The notes: generated from the sequence alone by a model not told the origin. A stretch of DNA of 63,676 nt, filler included, from Squatina squatina (GCA_031763465.1; 4 parts of 4 records of this genome joined end to end with filler, not necessarily neighbours in it), one strand, 5' to 3'; positions 41,312 to 53,743 are shown, numbered from the whole stretch's first letter. Program-made: numbers and translations.

Positions 41312-42148
41312 ATTGGCTAAGGAAGATTGGGAAATTGCAGTAAAAGGTATAATGGTAGATGAGCAGTGGTTAGCATTTGAAGAGTATAATACATCATTTA
41401 CAACAAACATACATTCTTTTAAGGCTCAAAATCGCCACAGGAAAAGTGATCCCATCGTGACTGTCAAGAGAAGTTGAAGAGAGTATTAGATGAAAGGGAG
41501 AGGCTTATAATTTTGCCAAAATGGGCAATACGCCTGAGGATTGGGAGGATTTTAGAATTCAGCAAAAGAGGACAAAGAAATTGATAAAGAAACGGAAAAT
41601 AGAATATGAGAGTAAACTAGCTAAAGACATAAAAACAGACTATAAAAGCTTCTTCGGGTATGTAAAAAGGAAAAGATTAGCAAAAGTAAATGTCCAGGCT
41701 GAGACTGGAGAATTTATAATGGGGAATAAGGAAATGGCAGAGAAATTAAACAAATACTTTTTGTCTGTCTTCACGGAGCAAGATGCAAAAAGTGTCCCGG
41801 AAATATTGGAGAACCAAGGGTCGAGCGAGAAGGAGGAAATGAAAGCAATTAGTATTAGTAAACAAAAGTACTGAAACAATTAATGGGATTGAAAGCACAT
41901 AAATCCACTGGAGCTGATGACCGCCATTTTGGGTTTTAAAGGAGGTGGCTATAGAGATATTGGTTGACATTTTCAAAAATTCCATAGATTCTAGAACGGT
42001 TCCCGCAGATTGGCAGGTAGCGAATGTAACCCCACTATTTCAGAAAGAAGAGAGAGAGAAAACAGGAAACTACAGACCAGTTAGCCTGACATCAATCTTA
42101 AGGAGAATGCTAGAATCTATTGTTAAGGACATGGTAACAGGGCACTTA
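41312..42148 (+). mobile_element. CR1 LINE ORF2 fragment
   Basis: KRKIEYESKLAKDIKTDYKSFFGYVKRKR..EMAEKLNKYFLSVFT, then VPADWQVANVTPLFQK..GNYRPVSLTS; interrupted by a Harbinger end at 42149. Confidence 0.92.
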
Positions 42149-43569
42149 GGGTGCCCAATTCGTAGTTTTATTTAGACGTTAAAATGGCGTTAACTGGGCG
42201 CGAACTGCTTAACGCCAACTTATAGCATTAAGCATTTTGGCGCTAAATTCGTCTACCCGTTAATGTCAGTGCTAAATGGGCGTTAATGGGTTTGGGCCAC
42301 AATCGCAAGTTTTGGCGTTTGAGATTCCCAATGACGTCATCAGTGGGTGCAACGCCCAAGNNNNNNNNNNNNNNNNNNNNNNNNNNNNNNNNNNNNNNNN
42401 NNNNNNNNNNNNNNNNNNNNNNNNNNNNNNNNNNNNNNNNNNNNNNNNNNNNNNNNNNNNAGCCAAATCTGTAGAGGGCAGAGAGAATGGAGGAGTGCAG
42501 TTCAAGCATGAATGAGTTGATTTTGCTGGGCATTGCAAAGATGTCTTCTTCCATGCATAGAGTGGCCAAGTCGGCAGAACATCGATCACAGCAAGCAAAT
42601 GAGTCCATGTAGACCTTGACCACAGCCATGCAGACTTTGGATGCCAAAGTGCCTGGTGCCTTAAATAGGATGACCAACACCATAGCCTTGGCCTTACAGC
42701 ACGTCACTGATCTGCACCAAGCTGCTCTCCAGCAGAGTGGTAAGAGTGAAGTGTGGCAGCCCATGACAGGGATTATGGTGAAATGGGACATAGCAGTGGA
42801 AGCTCCACTCAAAGCGTATCCACTTCTCACCTGTTGCTCCCCGCCTCAGTCAGTACCTGACATGCTGCCACCTCTTCTCATAGCCAAGTCTATCTGCATA
42901 GGTGCAGATGTAGCAGTCTTTGGCAGGGCCCCCATGGGCTCCAACACCCAGAAGTTATCGGTCAAGAGCATCTCAACAGTCAGAGCAGGTATGTGAGCAC
43001 CCTCCCTCTACCTCTGATGAAGCCACAGGGGTTACACCACGTAGGAACGGTAGGAAAAGGAAGATTAAAGTTTTGCAGTTGCACAAGGGTATACACATGG
43101 GTGAATGAGAGATGTTATGTTGTTAAGTTTCCGTTGTTTAGCACAATCCCTTTCCTGTATTGCCTATTCTTGGTTGCTGTGTGGCAACTTGCCTTTTTAG
43201 TTGCTTGTTGAAGAATGGGAAGGCATGAATTGATGAGGACCAATGGGGGGAATGTACAATGACTGCTTTGTGTCAACAGGATTAGGAGTCGGGTGGAGGG
43301 AGTAGCCATTACATGAGATTTTACTTCGGTCCAGTGGTAGTGTCCAACTGAACCTTATAGCTGTAAGAGAATCCCAGGCTTCTCGGGCAACAATACTGTA
43401 TGAGTGGCTGATGCTGTATTGGGGTCGCCACCGCTGTCCTTCTCCTCATCTTTGTCATCCTCATTGTTGCTGTCGCCCTGCTCCTTGCCCTCCTCCTATT
43501 CTTCTTCATTGGATTCTTCCACAGACGCCATGAGCTCAGCACCTTATCCCTCATGCAACCGTTATGCAA
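42149..43569. mobile_element. PIF/Harbinger transposon relic: terminus, Myb-like gene 3' end (+) and transposase C-terminus (-) converging
   Basis: TTA|GGGTGCCCAATTCG terminus; + strand coiled-coil-like TTAMQTLDAKVPGALNRMTNTIALALQHV (42461-43090); - strand LHN followed by an acidic tail (43569-43320) as in HARBI1-type transposases. A gap separates the terminus from the rest. Confidence 0.62.
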
Positions 43570-44444
43570 NNNNNNNNNNNNNNNNNNNNNNNNNNNNNNN
43601 NNNNNNNNNNNNNNNNNNNNNNNNNNNNNNNNNNNNNNNNNNNNNNNNNNNNNNNNNNNNNNNNNNNNNATCTGAATCATAAGTAAAGACACATCCTATT
43701 CCAAGTTCAGTAAGGCAATAGGCATAATATTTACTGCATAGTTTTCCTTCCATGCCCAGCTTCCTGAGAATTCACTCACATTATATGCTCCTACTTTTGT
43801 AATCAATGGGAATAAGATCAGATGGTAGAACATGATAAGCAATAGCCATAAGATCTATTTATTGGGTGTCTTCACTTCTCATAATCCACTGCCCCTTTAC
43901 TAATGAGCAACATTCGCCCTGCCCACCTCAACAACCGACCCAGCCCACCCCTTTAGCTCATTGCTGTTTCATGCTCTATGACAGCTCCCCTGGATTTTAT
44001 GCCATCCCAAAACATTTAGCGCTGGAAATGCACAAGCAGTTCGTCAATAAGATGCAAATGGAACCTAACCATCAAAGTGGCCTCTCACTGGTGACACAGG
44101 GTGGACGTTCCAATTGCGCCACTGCCATCCTGCTCGAATAGCATTGAAGGTGAAAATTAACCCTTGCGTCTGGACCATATGGATGACTTTCCAATCTAAC
44201 TAATTTATGACAGTTTTCAATGTTATTTTTTTTCACATTTCATATAGTGTTTAACATTTATTATGGTTTCTCTTGGTGATTATTTTGCTTTGAGAAAGTG
44301 AATACTGAAGTTCAGAAGCTTTGGCCCGCTAATAACTTGGAGGTGCGTTCAGAGTGGGGGTTGGGTGGGGCGGGTGGTGGCGGGACGGGTGGAGGGACAG
44401 GAGCTAAACCCAGAAGAACTTTCAGCACATTAGTCTGTGGCATT

Positions 44445-44953
44445 TTAACGCTCAAAGCATACCCACTTCTCAGCAGTTGCCCCCACCCCGCCCCACCTTC
44501 AGAGAGTACCCCACATGCTGCCTCCTCTCCCAATTGCCGAGTATGCCGCTGCACAGGTGTAGGTGGAGCAGCCTTTGCCCGGGCCCCCATGGGCTCCAAC
44601 ACCCAAAGGTCTTCAGCCAAGACCATCTCAACAGTCAGAGCAGGCTTCTGAGCAGCTTGCCTCTACCTCTGCTAATGCCACAGTGGTTGCATCACATAGG
44701 AGCAGCAGGAAAAGGAAGAGTAAAGCTTTGTAGTTCACCGAGGGTAGGTGCATGGGTGTTTAAGAAAATGTTATGTTGTTAAGTTTCCGTTGTTTAATAC
44801 AATCACATAAAATACATTACGTTGCCCCACTTTCCTGTGTTGCCCATGCTTGGTTGACAGGTGGCAACTCACCTTTTCAGTTGCTTGTTGATGAATGGGA
44901 AGACATGAATGGAATGGGACCAATAGAGGAACATGCAATGGGTGGATGGTTGG
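44445..44953 (+). mobile_element. Second copy of the Harbinger internal region
   Basis: Colinear with ~42805-43300 (GGGCCCCCATGGGCTCCAACACCCA, CATCTCAACAGTCAGAGCAGG, ATGTTATGTTGTTAAGTTTCCGTTGTTTA). Confidence 0.75.
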
Positions 44954-45774
44954 NNNNNNNNNNNNNNNNNNNNNNNNNNNNNNNNNNNNNNNNNNNNNNN
45001 NNNNNNNNNNNNNNNNNNNNNNNNNNNNNNNNNNNNNNNNNNNNNNNNNNNNNGTAGTGAATATTAATGACTGCTACAGTTGGCCAAGTCACTACATATT
45101 CATATATCGCTTTACTGTGACTTAGACAACTACATCAGATTTATTACTTTGTATTAGTCTGACAGCACAAGAGTTACTAAAACCCAACCTCAAACATGAT
45201 TTACAGCACACATTACAAGAAAGTTGCTGGTTGGCTTAGTTTAGTCATGCCCACCCCCTCAATAATTGCCTTAATTTGTGTTTTAGTCATTGTGCACTAG
45301 TCCAGTAAAGCAATGTTTAATTCAGTGTAGCAAATGAGAATTGACTGTAATTATACTTTAAGCAGTGTCTTCACCAAAAGAACCATACCTCTGTAAGTAG
45401 CATTTAAGACACATTACCACATGAAGGACATGAAGGGCATTTCCAGCCACTAATATTTGCTGAAACCTTTCCAGCCACATCATTCTAGTCAACTCAATCA
45501 CTTCCATAAGCATTTGCATTCAATCTGCAATATATCGATATATAATAGATTATTGGACGGAAAACTTTCTATCCCTATCAGAATTCAATATTCAAAATCT
45601 ATTAACTGCAAAATTGTGTATGCCATTATTGCCCACAATGTGGAAAATGATACAAATGAACAGGAAAATATTGGAAAAAGTTCATTTGTTACATAATAAT
45701 TATAATCACTTTATTAGAAATTTGAATGTTAAACTAAACACTGGATTTTTGCTTTATAAAATTATTTTCTAACA

Positions 45775-45874
45775 NNNNNNNNNNNNNNNNNNNNNNNNNN
45801 NNNNNNNNNNNNNNNNNNTTAATTAATTAANNNNNNNNNNNNNNNNNNNNNNNNNNNNNNNNNNNNNNNNNNNN
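45775..45874. other. Artificial linker N44-TTAATTAATTAA-N44
   Basis: Same 100-bp structure as the two earlier linkers. Confidence 0.97.
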
Positions 45875-46099
45875 CAGAATTCCTTACTTGATCATTTGTT
45901 GTAATTCCATTTTGTGACCATTGTAAACCAGAGTGATGTGGGTTAGTTATCCAGTGATGCAAAATGGATGGCAGTGGATGAATCGGCCATTGTTCAACCC
46001 GCCCTCGTTTCACTGCATCAGTGGAAAATGATCCATCGCGGATGGTATCAGACCAGCCGCCCTTTTTATGCCGCGACGGATAATTAATTCCATACCTTA

Positions 46100-47932
46100 T
46101 ATTGTGACTGAATATCAGGTCGATGCACTTTTAAAACCGTGAATTTCCACCTTCACTCAAATTCACAAGGTCCATCTCCGACTCTTCCCTTCATTTCCTC
46201 GACATTTCGGTGTCCATTTCAGGGGAAGGATTATCATATCCACTATTCCCCATTGTTTCACACAGCTACCTGGACTACATTTCCTCTCGCCTCGCACACT
46301 GTAATGGCTCTATTCCATTGTCCCAGTTTATCTTTCTCCATCACACCTCTTCTGGCGGTGCCAACTTCCACATCAATTCTCCTGATATATCGCCTTTATC
46401 ATAACTCGAGGTTCCCCTCTGCATTTGGTGACAGGACCTCGACCATGTCTGTTAAATTTCCCACACTTCCGCTCTCCGCCATTCCCCTCCCTCCCAGATA
46501 CAGTACAGGGCTCCATTTCTTCTCGCCTTGAACCAAGTACCCTTCTCATTCAAATGATCATCCTCCCCCATCTATGGAACCTCCAGGGTGATCCAACCCG
46601 CAAACAATTCTTTCCGTCCCTTTTTGCATTTCAAAGTGACTGCTCCCTGTGCGACACCATAGGCTTCTCCTCAAACACCCCCAACACCACCTTCCCTTCC
46701 AACACCTTCTTCCTTTGAAAGCGCAGGAGATGTAATAGATGCTTTTTTTACCTCCTCCCTCCATTGGCCAGGACTGCGAATAAAGCTTAAGGTTTAATCA
46801 GCTATCAACTTGTAAATCTTTCAATAAACTGCACCATATTCTCTGCTCACGATGCGATCTCCACTCCCTTTAAGAGATCACAAGCTGGTTGTTTCAGCAC
46901 TTTGCGGAACTCCTCCATTCAGTCCACAAGCATGACCTCGACCTAGAGTTCGCTTGACATTTTAATTCTCCATCCCACTGCAGTCAGACCTCTCGTCCTT
47001 GGCCTACTAAATTGTTCCAATGAAGCACAATGCAAGCGTGTGGAACAGAATTTTATTTTCCTCTGCGGCACTTTGTTTGCTTCCAGACTCAACATCGAGT
47101 TCAACAATTCAAGTACGCAAACTTTGCCCATATTACTACAGAAGGCAGATGTCGCTGATCCCATTAGACCCATTTACACTGATTCTTCATCAATCCCTTG
47201 ATTCATTTCTTGCTCCATTAAATTCTCCTTTCCCCGTGCATCATCATCGCTCTCCTGCCGACCGCCTGCAGACAGACCTTCTCTATTGCTCTTTCCTCCC
47301 ATCACCCTCTCCCTGCCACTCTGCATGTTTCCAACCTAAAACATCTCAATTTGTCCAGCTCTTATGAAACATCACTAAAGAGGCTACAGAAGATACTTAC
47401 GACAATATTGCCAAGAGTGGGGAAGTTTAGAGATGAGGAAAGATTGGAAAAGAGGAGGCTTTACTTCACTTCGGTATATAACATTATGAGGGCCCTTGGT
47501 AGAGTGGACAGAAATGGCCTATTCCAATTTGTCCAGTTTAACAACCAGAGGGCATAGTTTTAAACCAATCGGGAGAAGGATCAGACGGGATGTGAGGATA
47601 GCTATTTTATTCACCCTGTGAACAGTGGTGTTCTGGAACTCACTCTCCATCAGGCTGGTAGATGAGGAAAGCCTCTTCACATTTAAAATATCCTTGGATG
47701 TGCACATTACATGTGCCAACCGACAAGGCTTTGAACCAAGACAGGAGACTGTGAGCAGGCAGTGTAGCTGTTTCCCAGCAGCCCGAGACACGAGGGGAGA
47801 CATTTCCTCATTCTCTGCAGCAAGTTTCCCAGATACGATTGCTCTATCATCTGAAACGTGAACTCTGATTCTCTCTCCACAAATGCTGACCTGCTGACTA
47901 TTTCCAGCATTTTCTCTTTTATTTCAGTTTCC
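46100..47932 (+). mobile_element. Penelope-like element (RT C-terminus, GIY-YIG, terminal repeat), decayed, split by a CR1 insertion
   Basis: Colinear with 58430-59840 (HSYLDYISS..SIPLSQF, EAQCK..EQNFIF); terminal CTGAAACGTGAACTCTG..CCACAAATGCTGACCTGCTGA at 47851-47932. Confidence 0.8.
47376..47847 (+). mobile_element. CR1 LINE 3' fragment inserted in the Penelope terminal region
   Basis: LKRLQKILTTILP..DEERLEK..VYNIMRALGRVDR..; GTGGTGTTCTGGAACTCACT..ACATTTAAAATATCCTTGGATG. Confidence 0.75.
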
Positions 47933-47984
47933 ATTAACGACATTTGTGTGCTTTTTAATAATTATAGATGTTCACTCTTTTACA

Positions 47985-48645
47985 GCAACAACTTACATTT
48001 AAATAGTGTCCTTACTGTAGGATCTCATCGCAAGTTCCTTCACTGGAGCGTCAGCAGAAATAATGACACGGAGCTAAAAAGAGCTGAGTGCACAGATGAC
48101 CAAAGGCCTTGTCAATGAGCGAGGATTTAAGGACTGCCTCAATGGAGAGAGAGGTGGAGAGATTTAGGGAGGAAATTACAAAACTTGGGCATCTGCAGCA
48201 GAAGGGAAGGCCGCCAATGGTGGACTGATCAAAATCGGGGCATGTGCAAGAAGCCAGAATTTGAGGAGCGGACAGTGTTCTCAGAGTGTTGTTTCACTGG
48301 AGCAGATTAGAGAGATAGGGAAAGGGCGTGGGATATGTTGGAACAGGAAAACAGGGATGAGAATTTTAAGATTAAGACATTGCTTAAAAGGAAGCTATTA
48401 TATGTCAGCCAGCACAGTCAAATGGGTGAGCAGCACTTGGTGCGATTTCAGACAAGGACGGCTGATATTGGATGAGCTTCCTTTAATATAGAGCAGCAAA
48501 TGGGAGGCCAGCCAGGAGTGTCTTGGAATAGTCAAGCCTTGACTGAACAAATGCATAGATGAGGTTCGCAGCAGCAGTATAACTGAGGCTGGCGCAGAGT
48601 TAGGTGATGTTATGGCAGTGAAAATAGGCGATCTTAGTCAGGCCA
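47985..48645 (-). mobile_element. L2-type LINE 3' fragment
   Basis: Starts with the antisense tail CAACAACTTACATTTAAATAGTG; body homologous to 32280-32385 and 36185-36300. Confidence 0.65.
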
Positions 48646-48977
48646 CAGGCATTGGTCATGTTTTTAGGATTAAGAGTCGATTTAATTAGCAAAAATATGA
48701 AATTCAATCAACGCAATGCATCTTTGACCCTGGTATGACCGAGTGTAATATCAGGCGCTACACAATGGTTTTGGAATGAAATCCCCAGCCAGCTCATTTT
48801 CTCTCACACTTCTGTTTTATTCTGCGAAGGAAAGCTACCATTGCCCCTTTGTAGAATCTGAATTGGCAATGCAAACATTGCCCTTCAACACAGCTCGTTA
48901 TTGATTTTCCCACATTTCACTGTGCAAGCAAATTCATGGATCCATTCAGCTTGTAATTTCCATGTAATTTGCCGCAG

Positions 48978-49271
48978 ATCCGCCAACAACGCCAGGGATA
49001 ACACTTGACCAACCGACTGGGGAATATTTGGAGAGAGAGACGGTCACCATTACCTGCACAGTGGACAGAGAGTACCGGGATCAAATCTACTTTTACAAAG
49101 ATAATCGTCGGCTGCAATCTGCTCAAATCATCACAGAGGACAACATTGGGACATTCCGAGTAACTGGAACCCACCAGCGAGGGCGGTCCCAATGTCAATG
49201 CAGAAGATCTGTCAATAGCAGGTGGTTAGATTCCCAGCTCAGAGACCCTGTGACTGTCATGGTTGCAATGA
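48978..49271 (+). pseudogene. Ig-superfamily receptor, C2-type Ig exon A ((D)PPTTPGITLDQPTGEYLERETVTITCTVDREYRDQIYFYKDN...GRSQCQCRRSVNSRWLDSQLRDPVTVMVA)
   Basis: GCAG acceptor, phase-1 start, open ~97 codons with V-T-I-T-C, F-Y-K-D and a second Cys; GxYxCxY is altered to GRSQCQC; no strong donor (GCAATGAGT, or weak A|GTGAAG at 49272). Confidence 0.8.
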
Positions 49272-50304
49272 GTGAAGTTGTAAATAGGTTGTTAACGTGT
49301 CTATTCAACGCTCTATGTATTGAAAAAAATGATCTTTCTTGTTTCAGCATAACAGTGTTTAATGATCACAGGGTCCGTCTCTGCCCTTAGATCCTTTCTA
49401 TAACCATTTATTCTGAACACACAGTCTGAAACTTTACTGCATATACACCACTCATCGTAGAATGATAGAATCCACGAATGTTACAGCGCAGAAGGAAGTT
49501 ACTTAACTTTTCCTTCCTGTACAGGCTCTTTGAGAGAGCTCTGCAATAAGTTCCACTTCCTGCTTTTATTCCATTGTCCTGCAAATCGTTCCACTTCCAG
49601 TGTTGTCCAATTTCCTTTTGAAAGTTACTGTTGAATCTGGCTCCAGCGCCCTTTCAGTGCATTGCAGATCATATCAAATATCTCTTTAAATATCATCCTC
49701 ATCTCTTCTTCGGTTCTTTTGCCAATTACTCTAAATTGGTGTCCTCTGATTACCGACACTTCCAACCCTGCACACCGTTTCTCGATATTTACCCTATCTA
49801 AGTTTGTTCACCTCTATTAAATCTCTGAACGTCCTCCTCGGGTCTGGAAAGAACAAACACAGCTTCGCTATTCTGTGCACATCACTGATGTTCCTCATCC
49901 CAGAACCACGCTGGAAAAGAACTCCGATACACCATCTGTAAGTACTCGACATTCTTCTAAAGTGTGATCTCCCGAACTGGACATTTTAAGCAGCCTTCTC
50001 CACGTGTCCCCTCCCTCACTTCAAATTGAAGCATTTAATTTATATTGTCTCTTTCTCATTCTTCACTTCACATCACACCGGTGTTAAGTTTAATCTGCCA
50101 AATTTCTCCCCAATTCAACAGACTGTGAATTTAGTCCTGATATTGATTGATATCCTCCCACTGCTCACTATGGTTCCAAGTTCTGCAAAATTTGACTTTA
50201 TGTCCTGTGTACCAACGTCTTTACACTTAATAAGTTTGATCGCCAAGTAAGTCTACATCGCATTTTTGAATGGATTTCCACTGTGTTTTCGTTTCAAATT
50301 GCAG

Positions 50305-50601
50305 ATCTACCCAAACCATATCCATCAGTGGACTCCAGTCTTGCTGTGAACGGTGGGCAAATCACACTTAACTGTACAAGTGCCGGGGATCTTCCGGGCA
50401 TCACATTTTACTGACACAGGCACGGAGAAGCAAATTACTCCGATGTCCAGCCTGCTGCTGCACGGGAAAATTCTGTCATCTTCACCATCAGAAATGTAGA
50501 TCCTGCCAAAGGAGGAAGTTACACCTGTCTGTATGAAGCGAATGTTAGGGGAAGGCAGGTAACATCGGCTCAGAGTGACCTTGTACATATAACAGTAAGA
50601 G
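50305..50601 (+). pseudogene. Ig-superfamily receptor, LILR/KIR/CHIR-like Ig exon B with in-frame stop ((D)LPKPYPSVDSSLAVNGGQITLNCTSAGDLPGITFY*HRHGE...FTIRNVDPAKGGSYTCLYE...SAQSDLVHITVR)
   Basis: 297-bp phase 1-1 exon, TTGCAG acceptor, G|GTAAGT donor; LPKP..TLxC..F.I..V....GGSYTC.Y..S..SD.V.I.V pattern; TGA at 50412-50414. Confidence 0.88.
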
Positions 50602-50711
50602 GTAAGTGAGATTCACATATTCACTGTGGTCATCGGCTCCTAGTTGCCCTGTACCTATAACTGTCAGAGATGAGTGAGATTCACAGATTTACTGCGTTCA
50701 TCTGATCCCAG
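50576..50711 (+). repeat. 68-bp tandem duplication of the Ig exon B end and splice donor
   Basis: 50576-50643 vs 50644-50711, 15 mismatches by manual count; second copy has ATGAGT in place of GTAAGT. Confidence 0.85.
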
Positions 50712-53020
50712 GAAAAGGTGCTTCTGTTTGAAAATCAGGCTGCAGCAGATGCTGTATTGAAGAATTAATACTGGCGTGCAAATGAGGTCCAGGTGTTTAA
50801 ATGATTTTTGGGCGAAGTCTCAATGTTCTCCCGCTGTACACCAGCTCGCGATTCAGTTGCACTGAATTCAGCAGCAGTGAAAACCCGGCGGAGCATAAAA
50901 CAAATGGACAATGCAACACCGCCCGTTTTGTGTTGTGCCGAAGACACTTCAATCGCTTTTTTCATTAAATGTTCTCTATTTACTGCGTAACTGGTGGAAG
51001 ATCTAAAACATGAAACTTTGATTGTTTTATTTTTCCATCTGCGGTTAAATGCTGATTCATTGGTGTCGTCCTGTAATTCCTCACTGATCCCTGAATCAGA
51101 AAATCATGTCCGTGATCATTCAGTGCGGGATTGCTGTGTTTTTCGTAGCTTTGTGCTCTCAAAGTTTACAATATAGTCCTCTTTTCTCCTTCCAGAAGTT
51201 TGACAACTAGTTTTCCGATACGACTCGTGCTACTCCTGGCACACCCGTGTGCAGTCATGATTAACTCTGGGCGGGACCCTGGCTTGACGGGGAAAGGAAC
51301 CATTCGTTTCTGTTCCAGCTGACCAACAGCTATCAGCCTAATCTAAGTCTTCTCTTGAGCAGTGGCTTGGCAGTTTGCAGCACATCAGTTTTTTTTTATC
51401 GAAGTAGTAAATAGATGAGCTTTGCGTTATTGCTTCGACCACACTTTCAGGCAGCGAGTTCCAGACTGCCAGAACCCTCAGCTTGATCATATTTTTTCTT
51501 GAATACTCCTCTAATCCTGCAACCAATTACATTAATCTATACTCCCGGGTGTTCTCCTCTCCTAAGCGAAATGAGGGCGTCCGGAATTCTCAAACTAGTT
51601 CCCTCATCATTTTATACACTTCCATCCAATCTCCCGGCAGCCTCCTCTGTTCCAAAGTAAACAACCCCAGCCGATCCAATCTTTCCTGAAACCTACAATT
51701 CTCCATTCCAGGCAACATCCACATGAATCACCTCTGTACCCGATCTAGTGCAATCACATCTTTCCTGTAAAATGGTGTCGAGAGCTGTAAGCAATCCTCG
51801 AGCTGTGGCCTCAACAGTGTCTTAAACTGTTGCAACAGAATCTCCCTGCTGTTAATTAATATGCCTCGGACTGCAGAGGAAAGTATCACTTATGTCTTCT
51901 TAACCACTTTATTTAATTATCGTGCTGCCTTTATGATGTCCAGCAGAGAAGCTGTGAACCAAAAGCTCGTTGTTACAAACCTTTGACGTAATAATAACTC
52001 AGTAAGCCAAATGCACAAAATATTCACATGCTGTAAGCGAACAGGGTCTGTGGGGAGTGCCGAGTTTTTGGACTAAGCCGAGAACCTAGAGCGGAATCTG
52101 ATCCCGTCTCTCCTCGCAAGCATATTTTTGACACAGTTTTTCATTCAGAATCAAACTTATGGAATGAAACTGATTGAAGTGCGCAGTGTCACTTTTATAT
52201 ATTTGCCGTCAGCTGGGAATAACTGAAGAATATACTGGTCCCAGACCGATGGTTAATCGTCACTGAAGGAACCAATGAATTAATGAGGCATTAAATCACG
52301 CGAGCAATGGCCATTGAGTTTGTGCTGTGTCATATTCACCAGATGCATTGTGACGTCATCTGTGCGCAAAACAGCTGCCGAATTTATTACTGATTCGTTG
52401 TTTTCCATCACTCCTTTAATGCGGGATATTCATCGGGAAATAGAGTGGAGGAGAGACAGAATTCGAACGACTAAATCCTGGGAGCGGGTTTGCCATATGA
52501 GCAGAGACTGAGGCCAGTAACCCTATATTTCATATTATTCTGAAGAGTGATAGCTGGTCATTTGAAAGATATGACATTATTACAAGCCGTGACAGAGTAG
52601 ATTCTGGGAGGATGTTTCCCTTACTGAGGAATCTGGAACTCGGGTTCATGAGTCAGAAAAAAAGGTGTTCGCCAGTTTGCATTTAGATGAAGGGAAATGT
52701 CTTCACTCGAAGGCATTGGAATTCTCTACATCAAAGAGCTGTAGAAGCTGACTAGTTGAGTATATTCATGATATGTATCATTGGATATTTTGCTATTATC
52801 GGAATCAAGATTTATGAGCATAATATGAGACAGAGCTACGACCTTGTACAATGGCGGAGCCTGTAAGAAAGCCTGAAAATGACACAAGGCAATATAACAT
52901 TAACTTTCAAACTGCAATGGGATACTTACTTGGAAAGAAAATAATTGGGGTGATTATTGTTGCAAATTTTTTCTCTCGGTAAAAAACTGATGGTTAACAT
53001 GGAACCACTATCGTTTTTAG

Positions 53021-53110
53021 ATGAATCCTTCTGGCTGGAGGCTGGTGGTCGCTCTCTTCTGGGTCTACTTATCATCATTGTTTTATTTGGTGTGTGCTTC
53101 TGGATGAAAG
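53021..53110 (+). pseudogene. Transmembrane exon of the Ig receptor ((D)ESFWLEAGGRSLLGLLIIIVLFGVCFWMK(G))
   Basis: 90-bp phase 1-1 exon, TTTTTAG acceptor, AAG|GTGGGT donor; hydrophobic stretch followed by Lys; in frame with exon B. Confidence 0.8.
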
Positions 53111-53743
53111 GTGGGTTAAACCTTAAGTCATATCCCTTCATTACCAGCACATCGAATGAGCTAACTGTCGCCACTATCATTGCACATTACTAGCCCTCAA
53201 ACCAGATCAACTGTCACTGGGCCCTTAACCTTGGGCAGCAAATTCAGGAGATCTTAGACTGACTGGTGAAATAGCTGAGGGCAAATGTGAAAGAGACCAA
53301 GGTGTAAATTACTCTTGGAATCTCATAATCTGCTTCTGATCCAATCTCCATCCACATCTCACTCAGTTTTTTTTCTCAAACTCCTCCATGGCCAGCTCAG
53401 CTGTAACTACTTCTTCCATCTGATAAACGGACATTGGGAAACTTTCGGACAAATCTGATCCAAGTGAACTTGGGTAACAGCGAAGCCATTCTATTCACAA
53501 CTTCACAGCATTGATATGAATGTGCCCTATCAACATGCAGTAATGTCAGTCAACATGTAAAACAGAATTCCCACCTTAACGAGTCCATTCACACCCCCGG
53601 TGACTGAGGGAACTCCTGTATCCATGGGAGATTGCTTCATAAAACCATTGGATATTCGACAGGCCCAAATTTGATTTTTCTCATTTTCCTACTTTTTAGC
53701 CAGTAATTGGCTGTTGATATCTAACAATTTTTTTTCCTCGCAG

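Noticed and set aside
43321-43569. Host HARBI1 gene
   Set aside because: Only a broken C-terminal fragment in transposon context, with the adjacent region duplicated nearby.
44298-44651. Gly-rich and Pro-rich ORFs on both strands
   Set aside because: Derived from a G-rich patch next to a Harbinger fragment.
50412-50414. Selenocysteine TGA
   Set aside because: The position is a hydrophobic Ig strand residue, not a Cys site; no SECIS evidence; other lesions favour decay.
48978-50601. Immunoglobulin, IgNAR or TCR V segments
   Set aside because: Domains lack the V-set WYxQ and YYC motifs, I saw no heptamer-nonamer recombination signals, and exon B ends in an ordinary splice donor.
52351-52358. 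TGACGTCA CRE site
   Set aside because: A single 8-mer without supporting context is expected by chance.
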